Counted from the stretch's first letter, positions 1 to 13,187 are shown. The stretch is 64,000 nt of DNA from Eledone cirrhosa (GCA_964016885.1 OZ024742.1:327546001-327610000); one strand, 5' to 3'. Translations and numbers: made by a program. The notes: generated by a model from the sequence alone, not told the origin.

Positions 1-9
1 TTTATTATA

Positions 10-45
10 TCTTCCGAGGAAGAACTATCATCCGAAACGTGAAGA
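10..45 (+). ncRNA. Degenerate minimal hammerhead-like motif (PLE pLTR remnant)
   Basis: tctt-CCGAGGA-...-GAAA-cgt-g-aaga: stem I tctt/aaga and palindromic ACGT stem III, but the core is mutated (CCGA, GTG). Confidence 0.35.
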
Positions 46-220
46 CACTTTTCTATTATATCATGCGTTAAACTAATATGTATATATATAAAATAAATGC
101 GCAAGACCGATGAAGAAATTTAAGACATTTTATTCGTTGTCTTGAATTTGAAAATTGCTGGCATTTGATCTTTCTACATTTTACCTTTATACTGTATATA
201 TATATTCTACATTTTACCTT

Positions 221-278
<58 letters not shown>

Positions 279-279
279 C

Positions 280-671
280 CCGCGTGGATTTAGTAACGGG
301 TTCCCTTGTATTATTGAACTAAACGCCCGTTGAAAAAGTGGTTTCCTTGTTCATCTTCTTACCAGAAGCCGGATATTTTTTATGTAAGTTGACGGTAACT
401 GATTTAGGAGCCGCAGAAACCCAAATGCTGGAATTTACCATCTTTCCAGGGGGTCCGGGTAAATTTTTCATTCATATATATTTTTATTTTGTCCGACCCG
501 AATTTTCTTGGTCGTTTTTTCGGCTGTGCGAATGATTGTTTATGCATCGTCTCAGTGTGTTGGTATTTAAACGTTAGTTATAGCTCTGGTTTATCCAAAC
601 TATTGAGCACCTTGCCACACATTTCGAAGATTGTGTTTCGTTATTTCGTGAGCCGAGATTCCGATTCTCGA

Positions 672-675
<4 letters not shown>
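280..675 (-). pseudogene. Possible decayed PLE N-terminal ORF fragment between (TA)n tracts
   Basis: The minus strand reads ...FLRLLNQLPSTYIKNIRL..., loosely like FLKRCLKNDVIPKTIRNIRL of the PLE at 59.5 kb. Confidence 0.25.
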
Positions 676-731
<56 letters not shown>

Positions 732-793
732 TAGTGCACTGGAAGGTAATATCCGTAGTGGTAGAGCACTCAGTCCATTGGACAAGTTAGGTC

Positions 794-860
794 GAAGTGG
801 TTACACAACAGTTAGTTCACCATACCGAGAATGGTGAACTAACTGTTGTGTAACCACTTC
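794..860. repeat. Perfect hairpin (30-bp arms, 7-nt loop) ending a short insert in (TA)n
   Basis: gaagtggttacacaacagttagttcaccat / atggtgaactaactgttgtgtaaccacttc. Confidence 0.95.
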
Positions 861-894
861 TATATATATATATATATTCTACATTTTACCTTTG

Positions 895-931
<37 letters not shown>

Positions 932-1741
932 ATACATATGTTTCACTGTCGATCAGCTCGAGGAACGATCTATTATTGATCGAACGTGACTCTGGAATCC
1001 TTATACTACTATACTTTGCTCTGCGAAAGCATCGAGTGCTCACCCGGCATACTGCCTACGGACCCAATTATCTTGCACATATCCATCTATATATACTTTT
1101 TTTTAATCGACCTCGAATGGATGAAAGTCTAAATTGACTTCGGTGGGATTTGAACTCAGAGAATAGAGACCCGAAACGAAAAGCCAAACATTCTAACCTA
1201 CGCTCTAACCACTCGGCCAATTTGCAGCCTTACACAATATACTGTACAGACAAAATTAAGTACAATATTAGAATGTACAGCTAAAATTAAGTTGTAGACA
1301 TATTTTCCCATAGAATGATTGCATACAACTACACTTCACACTTAAAATAGACACCTACACATTTACACTCATACACACACACTCTCTCACACAAACATAT
1401 ATACACATTTGCATACATACATATTTACAGGTGTTTACACATATTCTCACGCGTTTACACACATTTAAACATACTCACATATAAACACATGCATACTTAC
1501 ACATGTTAGACACATTTACACACGCCCATACACACAGGCAGACACTGAGGCATGTATTTACACACCCATATGCTTACACATATATCTGATTACACATGCG
1601 TAAGCACACTCACATACACACAGACAGTTCACATTTACTCATACAATTACACACACATTGGTTAACATATACAAATACTTACACACTGACATTCACACAC
1701 ACATTGGCATTCTCACATGGTAACATACAAAGACACACACA

Positions 1742-1826
<85 letters not shown>

Positions 1827-1956
1827 GTACACACACTTAAACAGTCAATCATTTGATGATTAACGATAATCGATGTTATTCGCATAAATTTCAATAGAAT
1901 GATCATAAACCTACAACGACTACGACAGATCTCTCACCTTAGGCTAATCAAGATTA

Positions 1957-2530
1957 TGGCAGAATCGGTAGAGCGTCAGACAATATGCTTTGTTGTATAG
2001 AGTTACGGCCCTTACATTCTGAGTTCAAATCCCGCCGAGGTTAGCTTTGCCTTTCATCCTTATGGGGTCGATAAAATAAAGTACCAGTAATGCACTGGGG
2101 TAATTGCTGGCCTTGTGCCAAAAGTAGAAACAATTAATGATACACATGTAGCAGTATCGGTAGAGCGTCAGAAAACATGGTTTGTTGCATAGAGTTACGG
2201 CCCTTTACGTTCTGAGTTCAAATTCCGCCGAGGTTAGCTTTGCCTTTCATCCTCACCGGATCGATGAAATAAAGTACCAGTCACGTACTGGCGTCGATTT
2301 AATCGACTTTCTTCTTCCCCTAAATTGCTGGCCTTGTGCCTAAATCAGAAATCATTAATTATACACAAGTGGTGAGGACGAGGATTTGAGTAATCGGTAG
2401 AGCGTCGGATTAAATGCTTTAAGCATTCAGTTATGACCCTATATGTTTTGCGTTCATATCCCGTGGAGGATGACTGTGCCTTTCATCCTCCCGGGGTCGA
2501 TAAAATAAAGTATCAGTACCAGTTGTCGTT
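1957..2530 (+). mobile_element. Three adjacent copies of tRNA-derived SINE family A
   Basis: Head tggcagaatcggtagagcg (A-box-like) ... gagttcaaatccc (B-box), body gcctttcatcc...gtcgataaaataaagtaccagt, repeated at about 1957, 2150 and 2390. Further copies lie near 1080(-), 4180(-), 6470, 6915, 7030(-), 18650, 20580(-), 25075(-), 25770(-), 30650(-), 30900(-), 40185(-), 48370, 48690, 50960(-), 53000(-) and 55610. Confidence 0.85.
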
Positions 2531-3649
2531 TTAATACCCCCCCCCCTCTTAATGTGCTTATGTTTGCTGATTTCTTGCTTAAAGTCCACTTGGGAGGGAA
2601 CACCATAAAGTGGAAGGTAACGCTTTTGCCGTTCTGTCCGCAAGGCGCGGCTGAGGCTGCGCCCAGACTAAGGTGCAGTGACTGTCCCTCTCCCTTTCCT
2701 TTTCATTCGTTAATCCTTCTTTCTTATTTTCCTTTTCATTTTCTTTTTTTATTCTACCTTTTAATTCCCTTTAATAGTTTGTTTTGTTTTTATTAGATAT
2801 TGCTCAATTATGTTTATATAATGTCAATGGATTCTCATGACGTGATATTTTGTATATTGAATAAATATCTATCATATTGCAGTATCTCAATGTGGTGGGG
2901 GTGATGATGATGGTCGAATAGCTGTAATGACTAATCTCTCACATTTCACCTCAGGCTAATCAACAGTATTGATTATTTACGTGGCGGTAGTGTTGTTATT
3001 GTTTCAATTAACAATTAGTTCTATGTGAGGCTTTAGAGGCAGGATGACCCATTTGCAAGGACAATTTATGTGCATATAAGATAACCTTTGAGAGATCATT
3101 CGGCTTGTTGTCTAATACCTTATCTACTCGTCTAGTTCACGGACCAACAATCTGAAATCATTTTATTTAGGAGAATGAGGCAAATAACTGGAGAAAAGAA
3201 GTGAATATTGTAGAGCTAGCCTAGAGTGCTAAATATCGAGGCACCAGCTCTACTCCTGCCACTACCACTACTAATAGTAATGTTTTCTAATTCACAAGAA
3301 CAGTACTTTTTCGGAGAAGGGGAAAGTTGATTATATCGACAGGATTTAAAATCAGAACGTAGAAAGTGATGATTAAATATCCGAATTATTTTTGTTCGAT
3401 ACTCTTCTGTTACTGTCAATTTATTAACCTGAACTCTTTGGTAGAATAGTAACCAAAATCCATAAATTGAAGGAAAATAAAATGGATTTGAAATGTGTGC
3501 GTTTCAACGCAAATGACTATAATAATATTTGAAAAAAATCCAATAAAGTACACCTGAAGACGAAAAGAATATTCTATTGTTTATAGTGATCGACTATTAT
3601 TATAGCCAATTGTGTTCTAAAAGGTCTCAAGCCTGTCTTAAGCCAGAAG

Positions 3650-3892
3650 GCTCATTAGGCCGGTGCTTATCCCGGTTTCATGGCTAGAAGCGACTGAGAA
3701 TACAAGACTTCCCCCTGGAAAGGACGCCAGTCTATCTCAGGGTTAAACCTGGTACTCATTTTCAGCTGAGTATACTGGAGCAATGTGAAATGAAGTGTTT
3801 TGCTCAATAATACATTCAACCCAGCTCAGGAACCGAACCCACGTCGTTATGATCGTAAGTCCAACACCCTTACCACCAGGCCACGCGCCTCC
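3650..3892 (-). mobile_element. tRNA-derived SINE family B
   Basis: The minus strand begins ggcgcgtggcctggtggtaagggtgttgg... with body ...cacttcatttcacattgctccagt. Related copies lie near 6025, 8340, 13860, 25415, 31190, 37790, 40055 and 42240. Confidence 0.75.
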
Positions 3893-4959
3893 ACTATTGG
3901 GACATATAAATTTCAAATTTCAAATTTTCACAACGCTTCTTATGTCAACCGATTTGTTTTCACAATAAACTAGTAAAATAAATAGGTTAAACGAAATATT
4001 TTCTCTCTAATATAGCTGCAAGTTTTTGAAAACCACACATCCTTGGTCTTGAACTTTTGATTGAGTTGTAAGGGCGTGGTAGTAACATGAACGATATCTG
4101 AGAGATAGAGAGGGGGGTTCAAGAGAGAGGGGGGTTCAAGAGAGAGGGGGAGAGAGAGGGAGAGAGAGGGAGGAAGAATTCACTATAGAATTGAACTGGT
4201 ACTTTATTTATCGATCACGAAATGATGAAAGGCAAATTTGACATTGATGGGATGGGATCTGAACTGAGAAGACAGACAGCCAGAACAAATACCTAATTCT
4301 TTCCGACGTTTTAACGACTCTGCCAATTTGCCACCTTAAAAAGTATACTCCCCCGCGTTAAACGTTTTCTTGAAGTGTGTGACTAACTTATTTCATTATG
4401 AATTGAATAAGAAAAGAAAGAAAGAACCAGTGTATAAGAAATCTTTCAACTAAGCAAATAATTTAAAATGAAATAAAACTTACTACCGACAACTCGTTAA
4501 TTTATTTCTTTATATCAACATTATACTTTCTTTGATTCAAAGATTTTTCGTTTGAGTTTGAAAAGCTTTTCAACTTTTTCAACTGAGTTGAGTACATTGG
4601 AGTATTTTATATATTTTTCAAATGGGAAAATTATTTCAATTACTTCCCAGCCAAAGATCTCAAACTAAGTGGTTGTCTTCTTCTACTCTCTTCAGTGCTT
4701 CAATAGAAGATAAAAGAAGACAACAAAAAATTACATAACATTAATTGCTTGATGATTATAAATTATCACTAGAGGAGAAGAATGGTCGTTGCCGAGGGAA
4801 AACGAAAATGTTCATCTTTTCATTGAAGTGTCTTGAGATCGCATTCTGCCCTGTACTAAGTAATAGGTTCTGCTTTGAACAAGACAACTCAGTTTAAAAG
4901 AAAAAAAAACTATATGGTTTAGTCGATGGTGAGTTGTTGATTTATATAGAAATGGGCAT

Positions 4960-4991
<32 letters not shown>

Positions 4992-5016
4992 GGTGGTGGT
5001 GGTGGTAGTAGTAGTG

Positions 5017-5051
<35 letters not shown>

Positions 5052-5450
5052 GGTGGTGGTGGTGGTAGTAGTGGTAGTAGTAGTAGTAGTATAAGTAGTA
5101 GTAGTAGTAGTAATAGTAGTAGTGGTGGTGGTGGTGGTAGTAGTAGTAGTGGTAGTAGTAGTATAAGTAGTAGTAGTAGCACTAGTAGTGGTGGTGGTGG
5201 TAGTAGTAGTGGTGGTAGTAGTAGTAGTATAAGTAGTAGTAGTAGTGGTGGTAGTAGTAGTAGTGGTAGTAGTAGTAGTATAAGTAGTAGTAGTAGTAGT
5301 AGTAGTAGTAATGGTAGCAGATTGTGGTAGCAGTGTTAGTAGTAGTAGTAGTGGTGGTGGTGGTGGTAGTAGTAGTAGTAGTGGTAGTAGTAGTAGCAGT
5401 AGTAGTAGTAGCAGTAGTAGTAGTAGTAGTGGTAGTAGTAGTAGTAGTAG
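4960..5450. repeat. Compound (GTA)n/(GTG)n microsatellite
   Basis: Direct reading. Confidence 0.95.
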
Positions 5451-6022
5451 ATGCTACCTGGCTGAATGGTTAAAATGTTCTCTTCACAATGTTAAGGTCT
5501 CGGGTTAGATCCTAGAGTAAAGCATCTTGGGCAAATTTTATTTACCCTAGCCTCATATTTGGAGTGAAATTGGATGGATTGTACCTGTAATTGAATGGAT
5601 TAGCTTTATTGCAAACTTATTGTATAGCTTCAAGTCAATCCTGATCGAGCTAACTTATGCTTATATGCAATATAGAAGTGGTTATCCGGTATTTTTAGAA
5701 AGCATTATCTACAGAGCCGGCACTTAGTTTGGCAAGTTAAAACAACTTAGTGGGCGTCACTTGTTCTGATCACACCAAGAAAATTACTTAACCAGCATTT
5801 TGTTCTACACCGTCCAGACTTATCTACGGTAATTCATATTAGAAGTCATAACAACATACGACCTTCTCCACCACTATGGATATTTTCACAACACTGCTAT
5901 GTGTGAAAGATATATAGTGATTTATTTATTGGTCGTTGGAAATTATTATAAATAATTATATATTTAATTTAATTATACACATTTGTATAAAACTGATATT
6001 TTAACGTTTAGTAATGCGCACG

Positions 6023-6320
6023 TGAAGGCAGGTGGCTTAGTGGTTAGAGGGCTGGATTCGCAATCGTGAGGTTGCGAGTTCAATTCTTGGACTGGGTGAT
6101 GCGGTGTGTCCTTGAGCAAGACACTATATTTCATGTTGCTCCTTCTACCAGCAGTTGCGACCGGAAACATTGTTTCCTTGGTCCGATGAGATCCACCCCA
6201 CTCGGCAAGCGAATCACGTCTGGGATCTTGTCGATCGATCAGAGTGAATGCGTACTTCTGAGGTGTGCGCCCTAGGCGACTGCCTAGTTGATCCAATGAA
6301 AGCACTGATCCTGCTTTGTT
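6023..6320 (+). mobile_element. SINE B-type with a distinct body; related copies at about 28115-28240(-) and 31625-31810(-)
   Basis: tRNA-like head ggtggcttagtggttagag...gagttcaattc. The body ctccttctacc...ttgcgacc...gaaacattgtttcc is shared with the two minus-strand copies. Confidence 0.7.
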
Positions 6321-7478
6321 ACACTAAACCTTTAAAAGGGTGGAATGTTCAAGGTTTGAACACCTTTGATGGTATGGGGCTAAATAACAACAACGTTTAG
6401 CTTTGGTGTAATAGCGAATTATTTTGTGGTGTAAAAATAATCAAATTGCTATTTCTTGATTTATGTTTAAGGTGGCAAATCCGTAGTCGTTAAGGCGTGG
6501 ATTATTTTGAGGTAATTACCGGCCATCTGTCAACTAAGTTCAAATTTCCTTTAAGCCTTTCGTGTTCGATAAATAAAGTACCAGTCTAGTACTTAAACCA
6601 ATTCTTCTTCTTCTTCTTCTTCTTCTTCTTCTTCTTCTCCCCCCCCCCTTTCGCTCTGGAAGAAACCGCTGTTGTGAAACCTAGAGACTGTTGGGTGCCA
6701 ACAGGTTTCAATTGTCCAAGATGGTACCCCTATGTCTTCCTGAGGAGTTATGGGGTCAGTACAGTACAATTGATGTAAATTTCTTTAAAGTTAATATTTA
6801 ATGTTTCACAGAACAAGGAACAACACACATTACTCATGTGAGACCATCTCTACAGAGTGTCATTTAACATCTGTGTTTGACTTCTACTTTTAAAGTATTT
6901 TATGCGACGAAATGGCGGAGTCGTTGAATTAAAATGTCTCGGCATTTGTTTCGGCTCACTGCGCTACGAGTTCAAATCTCACCGAGGTCAACTTTGCTAA
7001 TTATCATTCTAGGGTTGATTAAATAATGATTTCTACGTAGGCATAAGGCCAGCAATATTTGGAGAGGGGAAAGTCAATTAATCGACCCCATTGCATTGCT
7101 GATGCTTTATTTTATCGACCACATAAGAATAAAAGGCAAAGCTAATCTCGGCGGGATTTGAAACTCAGAACGTAAAGGGCCATGACTCTGTGCTGCAAAC
7201 ATGCTGTCCGACGCTCTATCGATTCTGTACCACTTCATGGGCTGTATATTAGTGAAATTGTTAAAAGTCGATGAGTTGCTTTGAGGTATCTGCTCCGTGA
7301 GTTCTGAGTTTCAATCCCACCTCATTCTAACAACTGATGTGATGAGCAGATAGTATCAACAATGGAAAGACAAATGGAAATATCGTTTTCTTGGTATCAT
7401 CTGACGATCTGGTTCTTTCTTCTTTTTGTTTTAAAGCAGTAAACATTGAAATATCTTTCCAACTAAGGTCTGATAACG

Positions 7479-7480
<2 letters not shown>

Positions 7481-7509
<29 letters not shown>

Positions 7510-7710
7510 TGTATGTATGTATGTATGTATGTATGTATGTATGTATGTATGTATGTATGTATGTATGTATGTATGTATGTATGTATGTATGTATGTATGT
7601 ACGTACGTACGTACGTACGTACGTACGCACGCACGTACACATACACACACAGGCACACACACATACACATACACACACAGACACACACACATACACACAC
7701 ACACGCATAT
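7481..7710. repeat. (TATG)n/(TACG)n/(CA)n microsatellite
   Basis: Direct reading. Confidence 0.95.
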
Positions 7711-8658
7711 ATATCCATATCTTCCATCTTCATTGCTTCCCACTAACCTCACCGAAGCAAAATCCTGTCAAATGTTTGTATACTTCCTAATTAGTGTTTT
7801 TGTTATTATCTTCTTTGTTAAGTTAACAGATAACCGCATTTCGGCAACATTTCAGCAGTATATTCAGATAACAGTAAAACTGTGACATAATGAAAGAGAA
7901 AACAACTTGTAACAAAATGGCTGAATATCAGTGAAGTTCTTCTGTAGATGAAGGTACAAATAAAATGATTCTAGCTTTCGATCACTATTAGTAATTTCTG
8001 CAATACTTGCGGCTTAGTATTAAGTGAATATTGAAGTAACTCTACTAAGGAAAGCATCGCAAGAAGAATTTATTAATATAAAAATAAATAAATATTTACG
8101 TATTTCAGGATATTCCCGTGGAGGTGAAACAAATTTTATGGGTTGAACCGGTATTTTAGTTACAAAGAAGACTTTAATTTTACATTATCTAAATATTATT
8201 GCTAAGTACATATATTTGAATTAATAAACATTTACACGTATCTAAAGAATATTTATTTTATATGTGGCAAAGAGATATATGTGTGTATACATATATACTT
8301 GAATTTATATGCTTTTGTGTTAAATGCCCATATAATGATGGTTGTGAGTTCGATTCTCGGACAGGGTTACGCGTTGTGTTCTTGAGCAAGGCACTTTATT
8401 TCACGTTACTCCAGTTCACTCAGCTGTAGAAATGAGTTACAGCATCACTGGTGCCAAGCCTTATCAGCTTTTCCCTTTCCCTTGGACAACATCGGTGGCG
8501 TGGAGAGAGTAGGCTGATATGTATGGGCGACTGCTGATCTTTCATAAACAACATTGCTCGGTCTTGTGCCTCGAAGGGGGACTTTCTAGGTGCAAATCTC
8601 ATAGTCATTCGTGATCGAAGAGGGTCGTTAACTTATATATATATATACATATATATAC

Positions 8659-8862
8659 AGGAAAATGTTTAACCCCGACGGCAGAGCTCAAGCAGTTTCG
8701 ACGGCTATTTCTGGACTATTTCAGTCCATAAATAGCCGTCGAAACAGCTTGAGCTCTGCCGTCGGGGTTAAACATTTTCCTATTACCCACTCTACTACCC
8801 TAAGTATTGAGTACTCTAGTATGTTATGGTCCATCTGGTTCCTTACCACACCTCCTTCGTTA
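8659..8862 (+). mobile_element. Fold-back PLE-type fragment, family P1, copy 1 (hairpin 8659-8781 plus tail)
   Basis: Inverted repeat containing the 3' half of an HHR (GAAAC...GCCGTC-GGGG). The tail ctattacccactctactacc...gtattgagtac...ggttccttaccac is shared with 46703-46864 and 63792-63998. Flanked by (TA)n. Confidence 0.8.
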
Positions 8863-8884
8863 TATATATATATATATATATATA

Positions 8885-9259
8885 TACAATATTAAATAAA
8901 TGGAAACTATATTTATAAAACCATATTTATTTCATTATATATATTTCGGGGATATCATATTAACAATATGCTATGCCTTCCTCAGACAAAATACAATATA
9001 AACAGTTTTATAGATAAATAGATTCGACATACCGTTATAACACCGACTTCCATTTGAAGAGGTTTAGGCTGGCAGTCTAAACCTCTTCAAATGGAAGTCG
9101 GTGTTATAACGGTATGTCGAATCTATTTATCTATAAAACTGTTTATATTGTATTTTGTCTGAGGAAGGCATAGCATATTGTTAATATGATATCCCCGAAA
9201 TATATATAATGAAATAAATATGGTTTTATAAATATAGTTTCCATTTATTTAATATTGTA
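8885..9259. repeat. Palindrome with 183-bp arms, each carrying a hammerhead motif
   Basis: The arms mirror around about 9072. Downstream sequence aatatggttttataaatatagtttccatttatttaa recurs at about 27770 and 44330. Confidence 0.95.
9151..9216 (+). ncRNA. Type I minimal hammerhead ribozyme (mirror copy on - strand at about 8928-8993)
   Basis: Stem I tattttgt/atgaaata; CTGAGGA 9159-9165; imperfect stem II; GAAA 9197-9200; self-complementary ATATATAT stem III; AUA cleavage triplet. Confidence 0.65.
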
Positions 9260-9346
9260 AATATACTCCAAATATTTGTCGAGTGCTTTTATATCAGTTA
9301 TAAATATTTACTAGTTGTAACCCAACAATTTTAAATATAACTTTCC

Positions 9347-9372
<26 letters not shown>

Positions 9373-9384
<12 letters not shown>

Positions 9385-9586
9385 ATAGCTTTCACCGTAT
9401 TTTTAACTAAAGGAATTTTAGCTTGATAACGGGGTTTAGAACCCTCAGATAAATGGAAAAAGATGAGTATTGACGTACATGTACGTCAATACTCATCTTT
9501 TTCCATTTATCTGAGGGTTCTAAACCCCGTTATCAAGCTAAAATTCCTTTAGTTAAAAATACGGTGAAAGCTATATATTTTCTAAT
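9373..9586. repeat. Perfect palindrome, 107-bp arms, no loop
   Basis: Centre gacgtaca|tgtacgtc at 9479/9480; the left end abuts (TA)n. Confidence 0.95.
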
Positions 9587-10187
9587 TTCAAAATCGCTCA
9601 CTGTTTCTAAACATACTTACTTGATATATATATATATATATTTATATTTTTTCCTCAGCTGCGATTGTCTGTTTCTTTCTTACTGCTTCCCCTCTGTATC
9701 TCTCACCTTCTTTTTACCCCCTCTGCCAGTAACACTCTCTCTCAGCTGACCTCTTCCTCACACTTCCACTCACTCACTCTCTGCTTCTCCCCTCTCTCAC
9801 TTCCTCCCGTTTGACCTGTGTGAAATCCTTTTCTCGCTCACATCTCACCCATGTCGGATGGTCTGTATCTCTCGTCCATGATTTTACCAAGCTTAAGCTT
9901 ATAGATATCATGTACTTGTCTATTCCTATCTTTCCGTTGCAATATCATCTTTGTTTGTCTACATGTCTCGCTCGCTTCACGCTAATTTACTTGTCCCAAT
10001 AACTTTATTTAGTTATTGCTCGCACCAACCAGAGGTATATGATTTTTAAAGCGATGAAATACCAATGAAGGTTGGAAGATCACTGATGAAGGACTAATTT
10101 CATTCATATGTAATCCATGTGCAACCACGCAGCACTCCATTTTTCTTATAAATATATATATATATATATATATAGCGAATTCATTTC

Positions 10188-10313
10188 ATTGTTTTACGAT
10201 CGTTTTGGAGGGTTCGTCATATTGATATATTGACTGGTCTATAGCATTTAGAGAACTGTAAACTATCAGACATAATATGTAGGTTCGTTCATACCGTCTT
10301 CTTCGGAAACAAT
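10188..10313 (-). ncRNA. Degenerate long-stem-II hammerhead (same type as 32287-32440)
   Basis: attgttt-CCGAAGA-...-AAAA-cgatcg-TA-aaacaat; both core boxes carry single substitutions. Confidence 0.5.
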
Positions 10314-10336
10314 ACCACGAAAGGTGGCATAGGTGA

Positions 10337-10412
<76 letters not shown>

Positions 10413-10599
10413 CGTATAAAACTATCAAAATTATGGCAACAAATAGAGTGAAACATCCCCCCAGCAATTAAAATTAATAATTTGAGATTCAAGGGGGCAT
10501 AATTTACATATTCTAGTTAGGTTTATAAGCGGAGGATGTACCTAATATTTGCCAATTTTCAAAACTAGTTAATAATGTCATATGTTTTAATTTAAGATT

Positions 10600-10830
10600 C
10601 CTGTTAATGTTTAGCTATGTCTCCTACCCTATTAACATTGGTGTGCCCCATGATTAGGTTATGTCCCCCATCTTATCAATGATGGTATGTCCCAGGCTTC
10701 GGCTGTGTCACCCCAACTTCTAATGATTGGTGTACCCCAAGGTCCAGCTATGTTCCCCACATTCTCCTGCTGTACATAAATGACCTACTTAGTGTCATTA
10801 ATATCCACTTCTATGCAGACAATACTAGCT
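10600..10830 (+). pseudogene. Non-LTR RT fragment (motif B/C region) with local tandem duplication
   Basis: GVPQGPAMFPTF..LYINDL resembles GVPQGSxLSPxLFxxYINDL; preceded by ~43-bp degenerate repeats of the same motif. Confidence 0.6.
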
Positions 10831-11299
10831 ATCCCAACTCCCTAGATTTCCACATATATTTGCCATCGTCACCAGTCAAGGTAAACCTACAAATCCCATT
10901 CGTTGGCAGAGCCACTCGTTGAATATCAAACCATGAAAAATATTTTCTTTGAAAAGTTGTACGAAAATATACGAATATAATTTTAAGCACAATCACACAC
11001 AGATACACACTCATAGAGACACACAAACACAGGCATACATACACTCACACGTGCATGTATTTATGAAGTGGGCAAGCTGCCAAGCAAACGTTTTAATGCT
11101 AATCAATTTACCAGTATTAATGAAGTTATTAACAATAGTGGGTCTATATACCGTATCCTTGTGAATAATCAGTAATATATTTATCGAACTAGTTGCGACT
11201 TCTGATTGCCAGTGCTTAGTGTCATTCTAGAGATCCAGGCCACCCCGCACACACGAATCAACCAGAGAATACCTTTTCTATTTAAGGTTTTTAGCTTCT

Positions 11300-12030
11300 C
11301 GGTCCGAACTTCATTCTCCCTAGCGAAATTAAATCGCTAGATAGCGATCTGCGAATTGCACTTGATAGGGTTGCTGCTGAGTACTGCTCGGTAGGAATGA
11401 AAATCAGTGCTGCGAAGACAGTGACACTCGTCCTCTCAAGAAAGCCTGCACATTGCACTCTACATGCGAGTAGAGTTGCACTAAAGCGGGTGGAGAAGTT
11501 CAAGTATCTCGGGGGCGTGTTCACGAGTGATGGAAGGCAGGAGGCTTAATTAAGTGCAACAATTGCAGGAGCTGGTGCATTCGGTCATCAGAAGAAAGGA
11601 GGGAAGTGTGAAAGCCAAACTCGCTATCTTCAATTCTTACCTATTGTCATGAATCTTGGGTAATGACCGTAAAATATGATCGAAAATGCAAGCGGCTGAA
11701 ATGGGATTACACTGAAGGATCCCTTGAGTAACGCTACACGATAGCTCGGAGATCAGTGAGTTGCTCAAGCTAGAGCCGCTGCTTTTCCGAATTGAGAGAT
11801 CACAGCACCGATAGTACGGGCTTGTGGTTAGAATATCTTAGGAAATAAATGGTGGATAGGAGACCTAGAGCAAGACGGCTGGATAACAACCAAGGAACCC
11901 GGCTGGTTTCACTCGGGGATCCAGCCAGATCATATGGAAACGGTTGCTTCCGACAGGACCCGTTGGAAGGCGTACTTAAGGATTCTGCTCCCACGAACCT
12001 ATCAGGAATAACTAGGAGGACTAGATTCCA
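11300..12030 (+). pseudogene. RTE-clade LINE ORF2 C-terminal remnant
   Basis: Reads ...ALDRVAAE..VGMKISAAKT...VEKFKYLGGVFTSDGRQ...KAKLAIF...HESWVMT...MQAAEMG...RIERSQ with stops and frameshifts. Confidence 0.8.
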
Positions 12031-12110
12031 ATAATACACACAAGCACATACACAAACTTATACATACATTCACACATACAAATATATACGTAGATACATA
12101 CACACACAAG

Positions 12111-12245
<135 letters not shown>

Positions 12246-12598
12246 GTAGATAGATAGTTAAATTGCTAAGTAGATAGATAGACAGATAGATATGAAGTAC
12301 ATAGGCGGGCATGTCTACGTGTGTATTATTACCAGAAAGTGTTTCTGTATAACTGGCTATGATGCGGAATCGTTACTACAGACAGTTAACTAAAAAAATC
12401 TTCTAAAGAATGTCTACTATCACAGCAGTTTCGAGTAGTTCAAAAAGCCTAAGCAAGACCACTTCACATCTAAGTGCAGACTGTAAGTGTGTACAAAGTA
12501 TACACACACATTGAAAGAGAGAGAGAGAGAGAGAGATGTATGAATAAATATAAAAACACATATATATATAAATACTTCAATTTTTAATGTGGTGTAGC

Positions 12599-12686
<88 letters not shown>

Positions 12687-12700
12687 CATATATACATACA

Positions 12701-12731
<31 letters not shown>

Positions 12732-13049
12732 CTTATATATATTTACATTAGAATCATGCACATATAGAATTATATATGTATATACAAAGCATTTGCATCC
12801 GTACACTGATACACGTACATGCACGCTTACACACACACAGACACACGCGTACACACATCGACCTAAAATTGCTACAAATAAATACTTGGGAAAAGGAAAT
12901 TCTCGGTTATGAAACTACGTATACGTCGAAGAACCAATGGTAAGAAGTAATAATCTCATGGAAGGAAATTGGCGGGAATTTTATACAGAAAGAATATTCA
13001 GCTAATATGTAAGTGTGTGTGCATGTATATATATATATATATATATATA

Positions 13050-13187
13050 AGTTTATCCCGGGTTCAATCGGGGGTAACTACATTAAGTAAGGTACTCAAT
13101 ACATAGCAGAGTATAAATATTTAATATAGAAATGGCTTCTACAGGACTAGAACTGTTTCCTAATGATTTCTCCCGAATGAATGAGCC

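Noticed and set aside
1957-2035. tRNA genes
   Set aside because: A/B-box-like heads run into a shared SINE body and do not form full cloverleafs.
4919-5508. Poly-Leu/Pro and poly-Ser/Gly ORFs
   Set aside because: They come from (GTA)/(GTG) trinucleotide repeats, with no splice or domain context.
10080-10110. CTGATGA as a hammerhead
   Set aside because: No downstream GAAA or stem III was found.
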